Shown in pieces: positions 1 to 8,535 of a stretch of DNA of 64,000 nucleotides; position 1 is the first letter of the stretch, and every line of letters starts with the position of its first letter. The stretch covers positions 10,818 to 74,817 of the forward strand of contig CAZLDN010000005.1 of NCBI GenBank assembly GCA_964558355.1, written 5' to 3'. The notes below the pieces were generated by a model. The model was not told where the DNA came from, searched no databases, and was given only the letters and a program-made list of their open reading frames with translations. Source of the stretch: an uncultured Candidatus Solibacter sp. (lineage in GTDB: Bacteria; Acidobacteriota; Terriglobia; Bryobacterales; Bryobacteraceae). Made by a program: the position numbers and the translations under genes.

Positions 1-203
1 GCTACAAATGGGCTGAAGTCCTCGATGCCGATGCGTTCACCCGTTTCCTGCGCGAAGGTGTTTTCAACATGGAGACGGGCAGCGCTTTCCGCACAACCAT
101 CCTCGAAAAGGGCAACAGCCAGGAACCCGCCGATCTCTTCCGGGCCTTCATGGGACGCGACCCCGACCCCTTCGCACTTCTCGTTCGCCTTGGCTTGTGC
201 TGA
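1..203 (+). CDS. C-terminal fragment of an M3-family zinc peptidase (oligopeptidase A / Dcp-like); 5' end lies outside the window
   Basis: Frame 3 reads [66 protein letters not shown] then TGA at 201-203. The F..F.GR.P....LL...GL tail is typical of M3 peptidases. It is absent from the ORF track because it has no start codon in the window. Confidence 0.55.
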   Translation, partial: YKWAEVLDADAFTRFLREGVFNMETGSAFRTTILEKGNSQEPADLFRAFMGRDPDPFALLVRLGLC

Positions 204-260
204 ATTCCCGATTCCCGGACAATTCCACAACGACTACACAGCAACGAATGAACAATCGTT

Positions 261-266
261 TATAAT
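261..266 (+). promoter_or_regulatory. Candidate -10 box TATAAT, 12 nt upstream of the ATG at 279
   Basis: A perfect TATAAT in a high-GC context. No Shine-Dalgarno lies between it and the start codon. Confidence 0.35.
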
Positions 267-278
267 CGGCACGGGACC

Positions 279-2984
279 ATGGCAACGCGCCAACCATTTC
301 GTGTTCGCCGCCTCCTGCTCTTGGCGTGCTGCCTCGCGCTCGCTGCCGCCGGGCCCGCCGCGCCTCAAACCAAGCGCCCGGAGCCAGCGCGGCGCCTTCT
401 CATCCTCAACTCCTACGACGAGGCCTTCCCCTGGACCCGCGGCATCGTCGACGCCGTTGAGTCCACACTTGCCGCCGAGTTCTCCAACCTGAATGTTTTT
501 GTCGAATACATGGACATGCGCCGGTTCACCGGACCGGCTCACCTGAAATCGGTCCACGACTACCTTACCCGGAAGTACGCCTCGCGCAAGATCGACGCCA
601 TCGTCGCCACCGACGATGCCGCACTCTTATATCTCATCGGCCAGGAATCGAGTTTCCTGGGAGGACCGCCCGTCATCTTCGGCGGGGTAAGCAACACTGA
701 GGTCATCGGTTCGCTTGACCGCCGGCGGTTCACCGGAGTCCGTGAGCAGTTCGGCTTCTCCGCTCTGGTCTCCTTGATCCTCCAGATTCAGCCGGCGACT
801 CGCCTCATCGCCGTGGTCTTCGATAACTCTGAAAATGCAGCGACCTTTGAGGCCGGGTTTGGCCAGGCCATCGCCGCCATCCCGTCCGTGACCGCCGAGT
901 TCATTTATGGCGGCCGGCTTGGGTTGAACGGCGTCCTCGCCCGGCTGCGCAATCTTCCCAAAGGCACGGCCGTCATCGCCATGGACTACGTCGTCGATCG
1001 CGACGGGACCAACCTGCCGCACTGGGAGACCATGGGTAAGATCGCAGCGGCGAGCCCGGCGCCCGTTTTCAGTCCGAATGTCAGCGAACTCGGGCAGGGC
1101 ATCCTGTGCGGCAACGCCAATGGGGCTCGCCAGCATGCGGCCGTAATCGCCGGCCTGGCGGCTAGTGTTCTGCGTGGCGCCGCTCCCTATGATCTGCAGA
1201 TTCTGACCGATGGGTCGTTTGTTCCGGTGGCCGATTACGCGGCGCTTCGGCGCTGGGGGATCGCGGAATCGTCGGTCCCGAAGGGCGTGGGAATAGTCAA
1301 TCGCCCCGTCAGCCAAATGGCTCCGTATCGTGGGTGGCTCTTCGGCCTGATTGCGTTTCTGCTTGCCCAGTCGGCAATCATTGCGTCGTTGGTCTATACC
1401 ATCGTCGCCCGCCGCAGAGCCGTGGCGCAGCGCGATGCTCATGCGCGTGAACTAGAGAGGCGAAACCGCGACCTCGATAGCCTCAACCGTTCGATTCTGA
1501 GCGAGTATGCGGCTCGCGAGAGTGTCGAAAAGGCCCTCCGCGAGAGCGAAAGCAGATACCGCGAGATGGTGGAGAACGCCCTCGACGGCATCTACACGCA
1601 CGACCTTCGCGGGCGCTTCACCGCCGTCAACAAGACGATGTGCGACCTGCTTGGCTACTGCCGCGAGGAACTCCTGGGCGCCGACATCGGCATGGGGCTC
1701 TCCCCGGAATCCCTCGAGCGCGCCCGTGAGATGACAGCCCGCAAACTCGCCGGCGAGCAGACTCCTCATTATGAGCTCACCGCCGTAACGAAGAGCGGCC
1801 AGCCCATCTGGATCGAGATCAGCTCGCGCCTGTTGTGGTCCAGGGGATTCCCGTCCGGCGTCGAGGGCATTGCGCGCGACATCACCAACCGGAAGTCGCT
1901 CGAGGAGGAACTCCGCCAGGCCAGGCAAATGGAGGCCTTGGGCCGTCTCTCCGGCGGCGTCGCGCACGACTTCAACAATATCCTTACCGTCATCACTGGC
2001 TATTCCGACCTGCTGCTTTTGACATTGCCGCCGGATGATCCCGCGCGGCCCAAGGTTGAAGAGATCCGGCGCGCCGGAGAACGCGCCTCCGAGCTCACGC
2101 GCAAACTGCTCGCTTTTGGCCGGGCCCAGGCCTCGACGAACCGCTCCGGCGACGTGCATCGGATACTCGGGGAATGCGCCGAAATGCTCCGCTATCTCAT
2201 CCCGCCGCCGGTCGAACTCGTTCTGAACCCAGCCTCAGGACCCGCACCCGTGCAATGCGACCCAGCCGAACTCCAGCAGGTCTTGTTGAATCTTTCGCTC
2301 AATGCCCGTGATGCCATGCCCTCGGGGGGCCGCCTTGAGATCACCACGAGCCTTGTTGACGACCACGTCGAACTCGCCGTCTCCGACACCGGCCACGGCA
2401 TGGACGAAACGACACGCGCCAGGGCCTTCGATCCTTTCTTCACTACAAAGGCGCCGGGCCGCGGCACCGGACTGGGTCTCTCCACCGTTTATGGAATCGT
2501 CCGCAGAGCTGGCGGACGCGTCGACATCGAATCCAGCCCCGGATCCGGCTCCGTCTTCACGGTCCGCCTGCCGCTGGCCATGCCCTGTGAAACTGCTCCA
2601 GTTCCAGCGGAGGAACCGGTCACGCCAGGAGGTAACGGCGAACTCATCTTCCTGGTCGAAGATCAGGAAGATGTCGGGCTGTATGCCCAGGAAGTATTGC
2701 GCCGGCTCGACTACGATCCACGGGTCTTTGGCAGTGCGGCGGCCGCTCTCGAAGCTCTCGACAGCCGCGTGCGGCTTCTCATTACCGATATAGTGATGCC
2801 AGGCATGGCTGGCCCTGAACTGGTCCGCCAGGCCAGGCTCCGCTTCCCCAGCCTACCGGTCCTGTTCATCTCCGGCTATCCGGGCCCGGAAAAGGATACT
2901 TCTCTGGATGGGCTGTTCCTGCCAAAGCCATTCACGCCCACCCAGCTTGCCGCGGCCGTCAGTCGGGCGCTCACTCCGTCCTGA
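279..2984 (+). CDS. Hybrid sensor histidine kinase (periplasmic solute-binding-like domain, TM, PAS, HisKA, HATPase, C-terminal receiver)
   Basis: Signal/TM region. TM segment WLFGLIAFLLAQSAIIASLVY. PAS segment YREMVENALDGIYTHDLRGRFTAVNKTMCDLLGY. H-box GGVAHDFNNILTVI. N/G boxes LNARDAMP, DTGHGMD, GRGTGLGLS. REC segment LVEDQEDV...LLITDIVMPGM...LFISGY...PKPF. Confidence 0.9.
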   Translation: MATRQPFRVRRLLLLACCLALAAAGPAAPQTKRPEPARRLLILNSYDEAFPWTRGIVDAVESTLAAEFSNLNVFVEYMDMRRFTGPAHLKSVHDYLTRKYASRKIDAIVATDDAALLYLIGQESSFLGGPPVIFGGVSNTEVIGSLDRRRFTGVREQFGFSALVSLILQIQPATRLIAVVFDNSENAATFEAGFGQAIAAIPSVTAEFIYGGRLGLNGVLARLRNLPKGTAVIAMDYVVDRDGTNLPHWETMGKIAAASPAPVFSPNVSELGQGILCGNANGARQHAAVIAGLAASVLRGAAPYDLQILTDGSFVPVADYAALRRWGIAESSVPKGVGIVNRPVSQMAPYRGWLFGLIAFLLAQSAIIASLVYTIVARRRAVAQRDAHARELERRNRDLDSLNRSILSEYAARESVEKALRESESRYREMVENALDGIYTHDLRGRFTAVNKTMCDLLGYCREELLGADIGMGLSPESLERAREMTARKLAGEQTPHYELTAVTKSGQPIWIEISSRLLWSRGFPSGVEGIARDITNRKSLEEELRQARQMEALGRLSGGVAHDFNNILTVITGYSDLLLLTLPPDDPARPKVEEIRRAGERASELTRKLLAFGRAQASTNRSGDVHRILGECAEMLRYLIPPPVELVLNPASGPAPVQCDPAELQQVLLNLSLNARDAMPSGGRLEITTSLVDDHVELAVSDTGHGMDETTRARAFDPFFTTKAPGRGTGLGLSTVYGIVRRAGGRVDIESSPGSGSVFTVRLPLAMPCETAPVPAEEPVTPGGNGELIFLVEDQEDVGLYAQEVLRRLDYDPRVFGSAAAALEALDSRVRLLITDIVMPGMAGPELVRQARLRFPSLPVLFISGYPGPEKDTSLDGLFLPKPFTPTQLAAAVSRALTPS

Positions 2985-4224
2985 GCGCCTCGGTCGGGTC
3001 CAGCCGCGCCGCTCTCATCGCCGGAGCCAGTCCCGAACAGATGCCGACGAACATCAGTACAACCGCCGAGATTGCGACCGTCGCCGGCTGAATCCCCAGC
3101 ACCAGGTCGCCCTTGCCCGAATCGTCATTGAACAACGCCCCCAGCATCGGCAGTGGCGGCACGATCCAGACGATCAGGTAAGAAAGCCCCACGCCCACCA
3201 CCCCGCCCGCCAGCGTGATCGCCAGAGCCTCGGCCAGAAACTGCCACGCGATGTGGCTCCGCCTCGCCCCAAGCGCCCGCCTCAGCCCGATCTCGCGCGT
3301 CCGTTCGTTCACCGAGACAAGCAGGATGTTCATCAGGCCGATGCCGCCAATGGCCAGCGTGAGCGCGCCAATGAACAGCAGCAGCACCTGCAGCCCGATC
3401 GTCAGCCCATCAATGATCGGGCGAATATTCGATGTTCCGAATGAATTCAGCGCCCGCTTGTCGGTCGGCGAAAAATTGTAGCGCCGCGCGATCGACGCCC
3501 GGAACTGCTCCTCGGCCTTGGTCTCGAATTGAGCGTGGATCGGCTGGATGACGGCCGTCGAAACGTAGCGAGTATTCCAGACATCCGCCGCGGCGGAGTA
3601 TGGGATGAAGGCCGAGCGGTCGTCCGGGCCCCAGTAGTTGCCGAACGAGATCTTCCTGTCCATGATCCCGATCACGGTGAAGCGCACACCCTGAATCGTT
3701 ACCGTTTCGCCCACCGCCTGGCGCCCCGAGAATAGCTTGTTCTTCAGCCAGTCGCCCAGGAACACGACCCGCCGCCTCTCGCTTTGATCCTCCGCCGAAA
3801 GCCAGCGCCCTTCCATCGCGATTTCCGACCGGATATCGCCATACTCCGGGCACACGCCGCGCACGTTCGCCTGGAACGTATTGTCCTGGTAGACCAATGG
3901 AACCCGGCGAATCGTCTCCGGGCAAATCTTCCGGATCAACGGCGATTCCGCCTGTGCCATCTCCAGGTCGGCCAGTTCGATCCGGATCCGCCGCCCGGCG
4001 CGCTCGCCGCCCGCCTGCTCCGACGTCTGACCGGGAAACACGATAATGGCCGACTTCGAGAAGTTATGCAGCGTGCCGATCATCAGGCTCCGAAACCCGT
4101 TGCCGTATGACATCAACAACGTCACTGCGGCGATGCCCCAGACGATGCCCAGCATGGTCAGCAGGCTGCGCGCCGGATTCCGCCGCAGCGAGTCCCATGC
4201 CTGAATCAGGATCTCCTTCGGCAT
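2971..4224 (-). CDS. ABC-transporter permease, FtsX/MacB type (no cognate ATPase in the operon)
   Basis: N-terminal MacB_PCD-like region and C-terminal FtsX segment ERTREIGLRRALGARRSHI. The start was moved to the ATG at 4224 (MPKEILIQ), 1 nt after the upstream gene's stop; the longer ORF would overlap that gene. Confidence 0.85.
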   Translation of the reverse strand: MPKEILIQAWDSLRRNPARSLLTMLGIVWGIAAVTLLMSYGNGFRSLMIGTLHNFSKSAIIVFPGQTSEQAGGERAGRRIRIELADLEMAQAESPLIRKICPETIRRVPLVYQDNTFQANVRGVCPEYGDIRSEIAMEGRWLSAEDQSERRRVVFLGDWLKNKLFSGRQAVGETVTIQGVRFTVIGIMDRKISFGNYWGPDDRSAFIPYSAAADVWNTRYVSTAVIQPIHAQFETKAEEQFRASIARRYNFSPTDKRALNSFGTSNIRPIIDGLTIGLQVLLLFIGALTLAIGGIGLMNILLVSVNERTREIGLRRALGARRSHIAWQFLAEALAITLAGGVVGVGLSYLIVWIVPPLPMLGALFNDDSGKGDLVLGIQPATVAISAVVLMFVGICSGLAPAMRAARLDPTEALRTE

Positions 4225-4225
4225 C

Positions 4226-5485
4226 TTATCCGCCCGCCTCGAAACGCAGCGCTTCAATTGGATCGATCGCCGCCGCTCGGGATGCTGGATAGAGAGCCGA
4301 AAGAAACGCAACCAGACCCAGCAACCCCACACACGTCAGCCCCACCTCCCAAGTCGCGAATAGCCCGGCGAAGTACTGCGGCATCTCCAGCGTGTTCACC
4401 GCGGCGCAGACGGCATGAGCGGCGGCGAAACCCACGCCGCCCGAGAAGAAGACAATGAACAGCGTCTCCACGAAGAACATCATGAGAATCGCCCGCCGCG
4501 TCGCCCCCACCGCCTTCCTGATGCCGATCTCCCGTGTCCGTTCCCTCACCGCCACCAGCATCACGTTCATCACGCCGATGCCGCCCAGCAGCAAAGTCAC
4601 CACGCCCATCGCTCCCAGGAAGTACTTCATCCCGTTGGCCATCGCCGCGAACGCCTGCGCCTCGCGAACGGTGTCCCAGATGTCGGCCGCATCCTCGTCC
4701 TCGGCATCGAACCCGTGGATCCGCGCCAAACCTCTGCGCACCTCCATCATGCAGTCCTTGTGCAGATCGAGCGATTTCGCCTTGCCGATCATCTGGTCGA
4801 TTGTGTTGGGTGGATAAGGGGCCGGCTGCGGCAGGTCGCGAATGATCGCCCCGAACGGTATGAAGACTTTCTTGACGTCCTGCCCGTCGTAAGACGAATC
4901 CTGATCTTTCGTCTCCATCACCCCGATCACCTGATAAGGGACGCCATTGATCGAGATCTCCTGCCCCACCGCCTCGCGCCCGGCGAACAACTGCCTTCTG
5001 ACGTCGGACCCGATAAAAGCCACCCGCCGCCCCTCCGTGTCGTCTTCCCACGAAAAGAAACGCCCCTCGGCCGCGGGCAGATGCCGCATTGTCTGATAGG
5101 GCGGCTGCGATCCGGAGATCAAAAGCGTGGCCGAATTGAACGCGCTGCGGACCGGGATATCGCCCCGCGTCAGTTCCGGGATCACGTATTCGCACGACGG
5201 GACATACGGGGCAATCCGCTCGTGATCCTTCACCGACCAGAAGATCTGCCGCCCGGCCCGCTGCCCGCCCGCCTGCTTGCCCGTCCGGCCGCGGAAGACG
5301 ATGAATATGTTCTCGCCAAACTGCGCCGCCACCCGCCTCTGGCCTTCACGCAACCCGTCTCCGGCCGCCGCCATCAACGTGATCGAAACCACGCCCCACA
5401 TCAGCCCGAACATCGTCAGTCCGGTCCTGAGTTTGTGGGCGGCAAGGGTCCGGAATGTGTCGGCTAGAAGATCCTGAAAGCTCAT
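4226..5485 (-). CDS. ABC-transporter permease, FtsX/MacB type
   Basis: Motif RTGLTMFGLMWGVVSI and FtsX motif ERTREIGIRKAVGATRRAI. Four predicted TM segments. Confidence 0.85.
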   Translation of the reverse strand: MSFQDLLADTFRTLAAHKLRTGLTMFGLMWGVVSITLMAAAGDGLREGQRRVAAQFGENIFIVFRGRTGKQAGGQRAGRQIFWSVKDHERIAPYVPSCEYVIPELTRGDIPVRSAFNSATLLISGSQPPYQTMRHLPAAEGRFFSWEDDTEGRRVAFIGSDVRRQLFAGREAVGQEISINGVPYQVIGVMETKDQDSSYDGQDVKKVFIPFGAIIRDLPQPAPYPPNTIDQMIGKAKSLDLHKDCMMEVRRGLARIHGFDAEDEDAADIWDTVREAQAFAAMANGMKYFLGAMGVVTLLLGGIGVMNVMLVAVRERTREIGIRKAVGATRRAILMMFFVETLFIVFFSGGVGFAAAHAVCAAVNTLEMPQYFAGLFATWEVGLTCVGLLGLVAFLSALYPASRAAAIDPIEALRFEAGG

Positions 5486-5499
5486 CTTGACCGCTACTG

Positions 5500-6711
5500 C
5501 TACTGAAGGATGACCTTTTGACCCTGCTTCAGCCCGGCGATCAGTTCCGTCTTCACGCCGTTCGAAATACCCAGTTTCACCTCTACCTTGCTCCGGCCCT
5601 TTTCGGCTGTCGCGTCAGGCACCTCCACCGACGATTTCCGTTGTTTGTCGTAGATCACCGCCGCCTCCGGCACCAGCAGCACGTCGAACTTCTCTTCCAG
5701 GATGATCTCGGCGTTGGCGCTCATGTTCGCCTTCAGTTTATTGCCGGGGTTGTGGATCGAAACCTGAACCTCAAACGTCGTAACGTTGTCCTTCTCCACC
5801 CCCAGCGGCGAGATCTTATAGACCTTCCCCTCGAACTTCTTGTCGCGGAAGCTCTCGACGACAATCCTTGCCAGTTGCCCGTCATAGACCTTGCCGATAT
5901 CGGCCTGATCCACCTTGCCCCTGACAAACACGTCCCGCACATCGCCCAACTTGAACAGCAGTGTCGCATTCGACCCCAGAACCAGAATCGAACTGACAGC
6001 GTTGCCGATCTCCACGTCGCGTGACAGGACCAGCCCGTCGATCGGCGACACGATCGTCGAATTCCGCAAGTCCTCCTCGGCGCGCTCCAGAATCGCTCGC
6101 GCCTGTGCGACTTGCGCCCTGGCCCGCGTGATGTCCGCTCTCGACACGGCCAGCGCCCGTTGCGCTCCCATCTGCTTGTTCAGCGCCATCTGATACAGCT
6201 TCTCGGCGTCTTCCACCAGGTTCTGCGCGATCAGCCCTTCGCTATGCAGCTTCCTGGCCCGCTCCAGCCCAAGCTTCAGAAACGGCAGGTCCGGCCCCTC
6301 CGCCTCCACCTTGTTCCGTTCAAGAGACGCCAAGGCCGCCTCCTCGGCCGCTTCCGCTGCCTGCACATTGGCCTTGGACTCCCTCAGCCGCGCCTGCAAC
6401 TCTTCCTTGTCCAACTCAGCCAGCAACTGGCCCTGTTGCACAGTGTCGCCATAGTCGACATACAGTTTCTTGACGATTCCAGACGCTTTCGACTTCACTT
6501 CAACCGTCGATCGCGGCTCGATCTTGCCCGTCGCCACCACCGACCGCGCGATGCTGCCCTTTTCAATCGCCGCCAGTTTCGACGGGTCTATGTCCTTCGA
6601 TGGCTGCAATGCCGCCCTGACGCCGAATGCCGCCCCGGCCAGCGCCAGCACCGTCACCATGATCCAGATCCACTTTCTCGATCTCTTGCCATTCTTACCG
6701 TTAGAAGCCAC
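5500..6711 (-). CDS. Efflux periplasmic adaptor (HlyD/MacA membrane-fusion family)
   Basis: N-terminal TM anchor, then the biotinyl-lipoyl-like segment GKIEPRSTVEVKSKASGIVKKLYVDYGDTVQQGQLLAELD. A long coiled coil and a beta-barrel tail follow. GTG start. Confidence 0.9.
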   Translation of the reverse strand: MASNGKNGKRSRKWIWIMVTVLALAGAAFGVRAALQPSKDIDPSKLAAIEKGSIARSVVATGKIEPRSTVEVKSKASGIVKKLYVDYGDTVQQGQLLAELDKEELQARLRESKANVQAAEAAEEAALASLERNKVEAEGPDLPFLKLGLERARKLHSEGLIAQNLVEDAEKLYQMALNKQMGAQRALAVSRADITRARAQVAQARAILERAEEDLRNSTIVSPIDGLVLSRDVEIGNAVSSILVLGSNATLLFKLGDVRDVFVRGKVDQADIGKVYDGQLARIVVESFRDKKFEGKVYKISPLGVEKDNVTTFEVQVSIHNPGNKLKANMSANAEIILEEKFDVLLVPEAAVIYDKQRKSSVEVPDATAEKGRSKVEVKLGISNGVKTELIAGLKQGQKVILQ

Positions 6712-6828
6712 GATGAATTCCTGCCGTCCGATCTCTTCTTCAACAACGAGCCCCGGACCGAAGATGTTCCCCCCAAGTAAGCAGCTTCGGCAGTTCGCTC
6801 AAGCATTCACACTCCAATCGCCCCGGAA

Positions 6829-6872
6829 CCGCGAACGCAGAGAGCGGGTTGCTGGCGCGATTTTCGACAGAG
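6829..6872 (+). repeat. Dispersed intergenic repeat, long copy A (core CCGCGAACGCAGAGAGCGGGT plus ATTTTCGAC arm)
   Basis: The 21-nt core is identical to the copies at 15306, 15350 and 25050. The extension TGCTGGCGCGATTTTCGACAGAG aligns with the copies at 15350 and 10488. Confidence 0.65.
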
Positions 6873-6944
6873 CACGGGTCCCCGCCACCACGTCAATCGT
6901 GGGGCTCGTACCACACATGTCTCCATCCCTGTGAATCGGAGTAC

Positions 6945-6950
6945 TAAGAT
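6945..6950 (+). promoter_or_regulatory. Candidate -10 box (AGTACTAAGAT context), 7 nt upstream of the ATG at 6958
   Basis: TAAGAT / TACTAA hexamers sit directly before a start codon that has no SD. Confidence 0.3.
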
Positions 6951-6957
6951 ATGACGA

Positions 6958-8502
6958 ATGAGACGCCTTCCAGTTCTTCTTATTGCCGCCACTTGTTTGG
7001 CCCAACAGCCCGACCCCAAGGTCATCAAACAGGCCGCCATGGAAATGGCCCAGGGCCGCGCCAAGTTCACCCAGCAGATGACCGACTCCATCTTCAGCTT
7101 CTCCGAGCTTGGTTATCAGGAGGTCCAAACCTCCCGCTACATCACAAGCATCCTCGAAAAGGCTGGCTTCAAGGTCACCCGCGGCGTCGCTGGGCTCGAC
7201 ACCGGCTGGGTCGCTGAATGGGGATCCGGCAAGCCCGTGATCGGCCTGATGGCCGACATCGACGGTCTGCCGGAAACCTCACAAACCCCAGGCGTCGCCT
7301 TCCACAAGCCCCTTGTCGATGGCGCGCCCGGCCACGGTGAAGGCCACAACGCCGGTCAGGCCCTCCAGGTCACCGCCGCCCTGGTCGCCAAGGATCTCAT
7401 GGAGCGCTACAGGATTCCCGGTACCATCCGCGTCTACCCCGGCGTCGCCGAGGAACTCATCGGCAGCCGCACCTTCATGGTCAATGCCGGTCTATTCAAG
7501 GATGTCGATGCCATGCTCTCCGCCCACATTTCGTCCGATTTCGGCGTCACCTGGGGACCCTCCGGCACCGGCCTGGTCAGCGTCGAGTACACCTTCCACG
7601 GCCGTAGCGCCCACGGCGCAACCCCCTGGAGCGGCCGTAGCGCCCTCGACGCCGTCGAGTTGATGAACATCGGCTGGAACTACCGCCGCGAACACCTCCG
7701 CACCGAGCAGCGCTCCCATTACGTCATCACCCACGGCGGCGACCAGCCCAACGTTGTCCCGCCCATCGCCAAGGTCTGGTATTACTTCCGCGAATGGGAA
7801 TACCCCCGTATCCAGGAGATGCACGCCATCGGCACCACTATCGCCCAGGGCGCCGCCATGATGACTGGCACGACAATGGAAGAACGCGTCCTCGGCGCAG
7901 CCTGGCCCGGCATGTTCAACCGCCCCATCGCCGAAGCGCTCGGCCGCAACATCGCGGCCGTCGGCATGCCCAAGTGGAGCGACGACGACCAGACCCTCGC
8001 CCGTGCCGCACAGAAGGAAATCGGCGTCAAGGAATCCGGCCTCAAGACCGAGCCCCTCGGCGTCAAGGACGGCAATCAAGGCGAACGCAGCTATGGCTCC
8101 GATGACATCGCCGAGGTGGGCTGGAACATCCCCACCGTCGTCCTCCGCTACCCCGGCAACATCCCCGGCATGATCGGCCACCACTGGTCCAGTGGAATCG
8201 CCATGGCCACGCCCATCGCCCACAAGGGCACAACCGCCGGAGCCGCCGCCCAGGCCATGACCGTCATCGACCTCATGCTCGATCCCAACATCCTCGCCGA
8301 GGCCAAAAAGGCCTTCGCTGAACAGACCCGCGAAACCAAGTGGCAGTCCCTCATCCCGCTCGACACCAAACCACCCACCTACTTGAATCGCGACCGCCAG
8401 CAGAAGTACCGCCCCGCGCTCGAAAAGCTCTACTTCGACCCGTCGCGCTACTCGACCTATCTCGAACAGCTCGGCGTCCAGTATCCGACCGTCAGAAAAT
8501 AA
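6958..8502 (+). CDS. Secreted M20-family amidohydrolase (AbgB / aminobenzoyl-glutamate-hydrolase-like)
   Basis: Signal peptide MRRLPVLLIAATCLAQQ. M20 metal-binding pattern HGEGHNAG. Further motif HGRSAHGATPWSGRSALDAVELM. Confidence 0.75.
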   Translation: MRRLPVLLIAATCLAQQPDPKVIKQAAMEMAQGRAKFTQQMTDSIFSFSELGYQEVQTSRYITSILEKAGFKVTRGVAGLDTGWVAEWGSGKPVIGLMADIDGLPETSQTPGVAFHKPLVDGAPGHGEGHNAGQALQVTAALVAKDLMERYRIPGTIRVYPGVAEELIGSRTFMVNAGLFKDVDAMLSAHISSDFGVTWGPSGTGLVSVEYTFHGRSAHGATPWSGRSALDAVELMNIGWNYRREHLRTEQRSHYVITHGGDQPNVVPPIAKVWYYFREWEYPRIQEMHAIGTTIAQGAAMMTGTTMEERVLGAAWPGMFNRPIAEALGRNIAAVGMPKWSDDDQTLARAAQKEIGVKESGLKTEPLGVKDGNQGERSYGSDDIAEVGWNIPTVVLRYPGNIPGMIGHHWSSGIAMATPIAHKGTTAGAAAQAMTVIDLMLDPNILAEAKKAFAEQTRETKWQSLIPLDTKPPTYLNRDRQQKYRPALEKLYFDPSRYSTYLEQLGVQYPTVRK

Positions 8503-8523
8503 CCCGCGGCACGGATTCGTTGA

Positions 8524-8529
8524 TATACT
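8524..8529 (+). promoter_or_regulatory. Candidate -10 box TATACT, 6 nt upstream of the GTG at 8536 (leaderless transcript predicted)
   Basis: Sequence TGATATACTCGCGGCGTG. There is no room for an SD. Confidence 0.35.
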
Positions 8530-8535
8530 CGCGGC

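Noticed and set aside
2-244. 80-aa minus-strand ORF at the window start
   Set aside because: It is antisense to the recognisable M3-peptidase C-terminus, and its product is basic and low-complexity.
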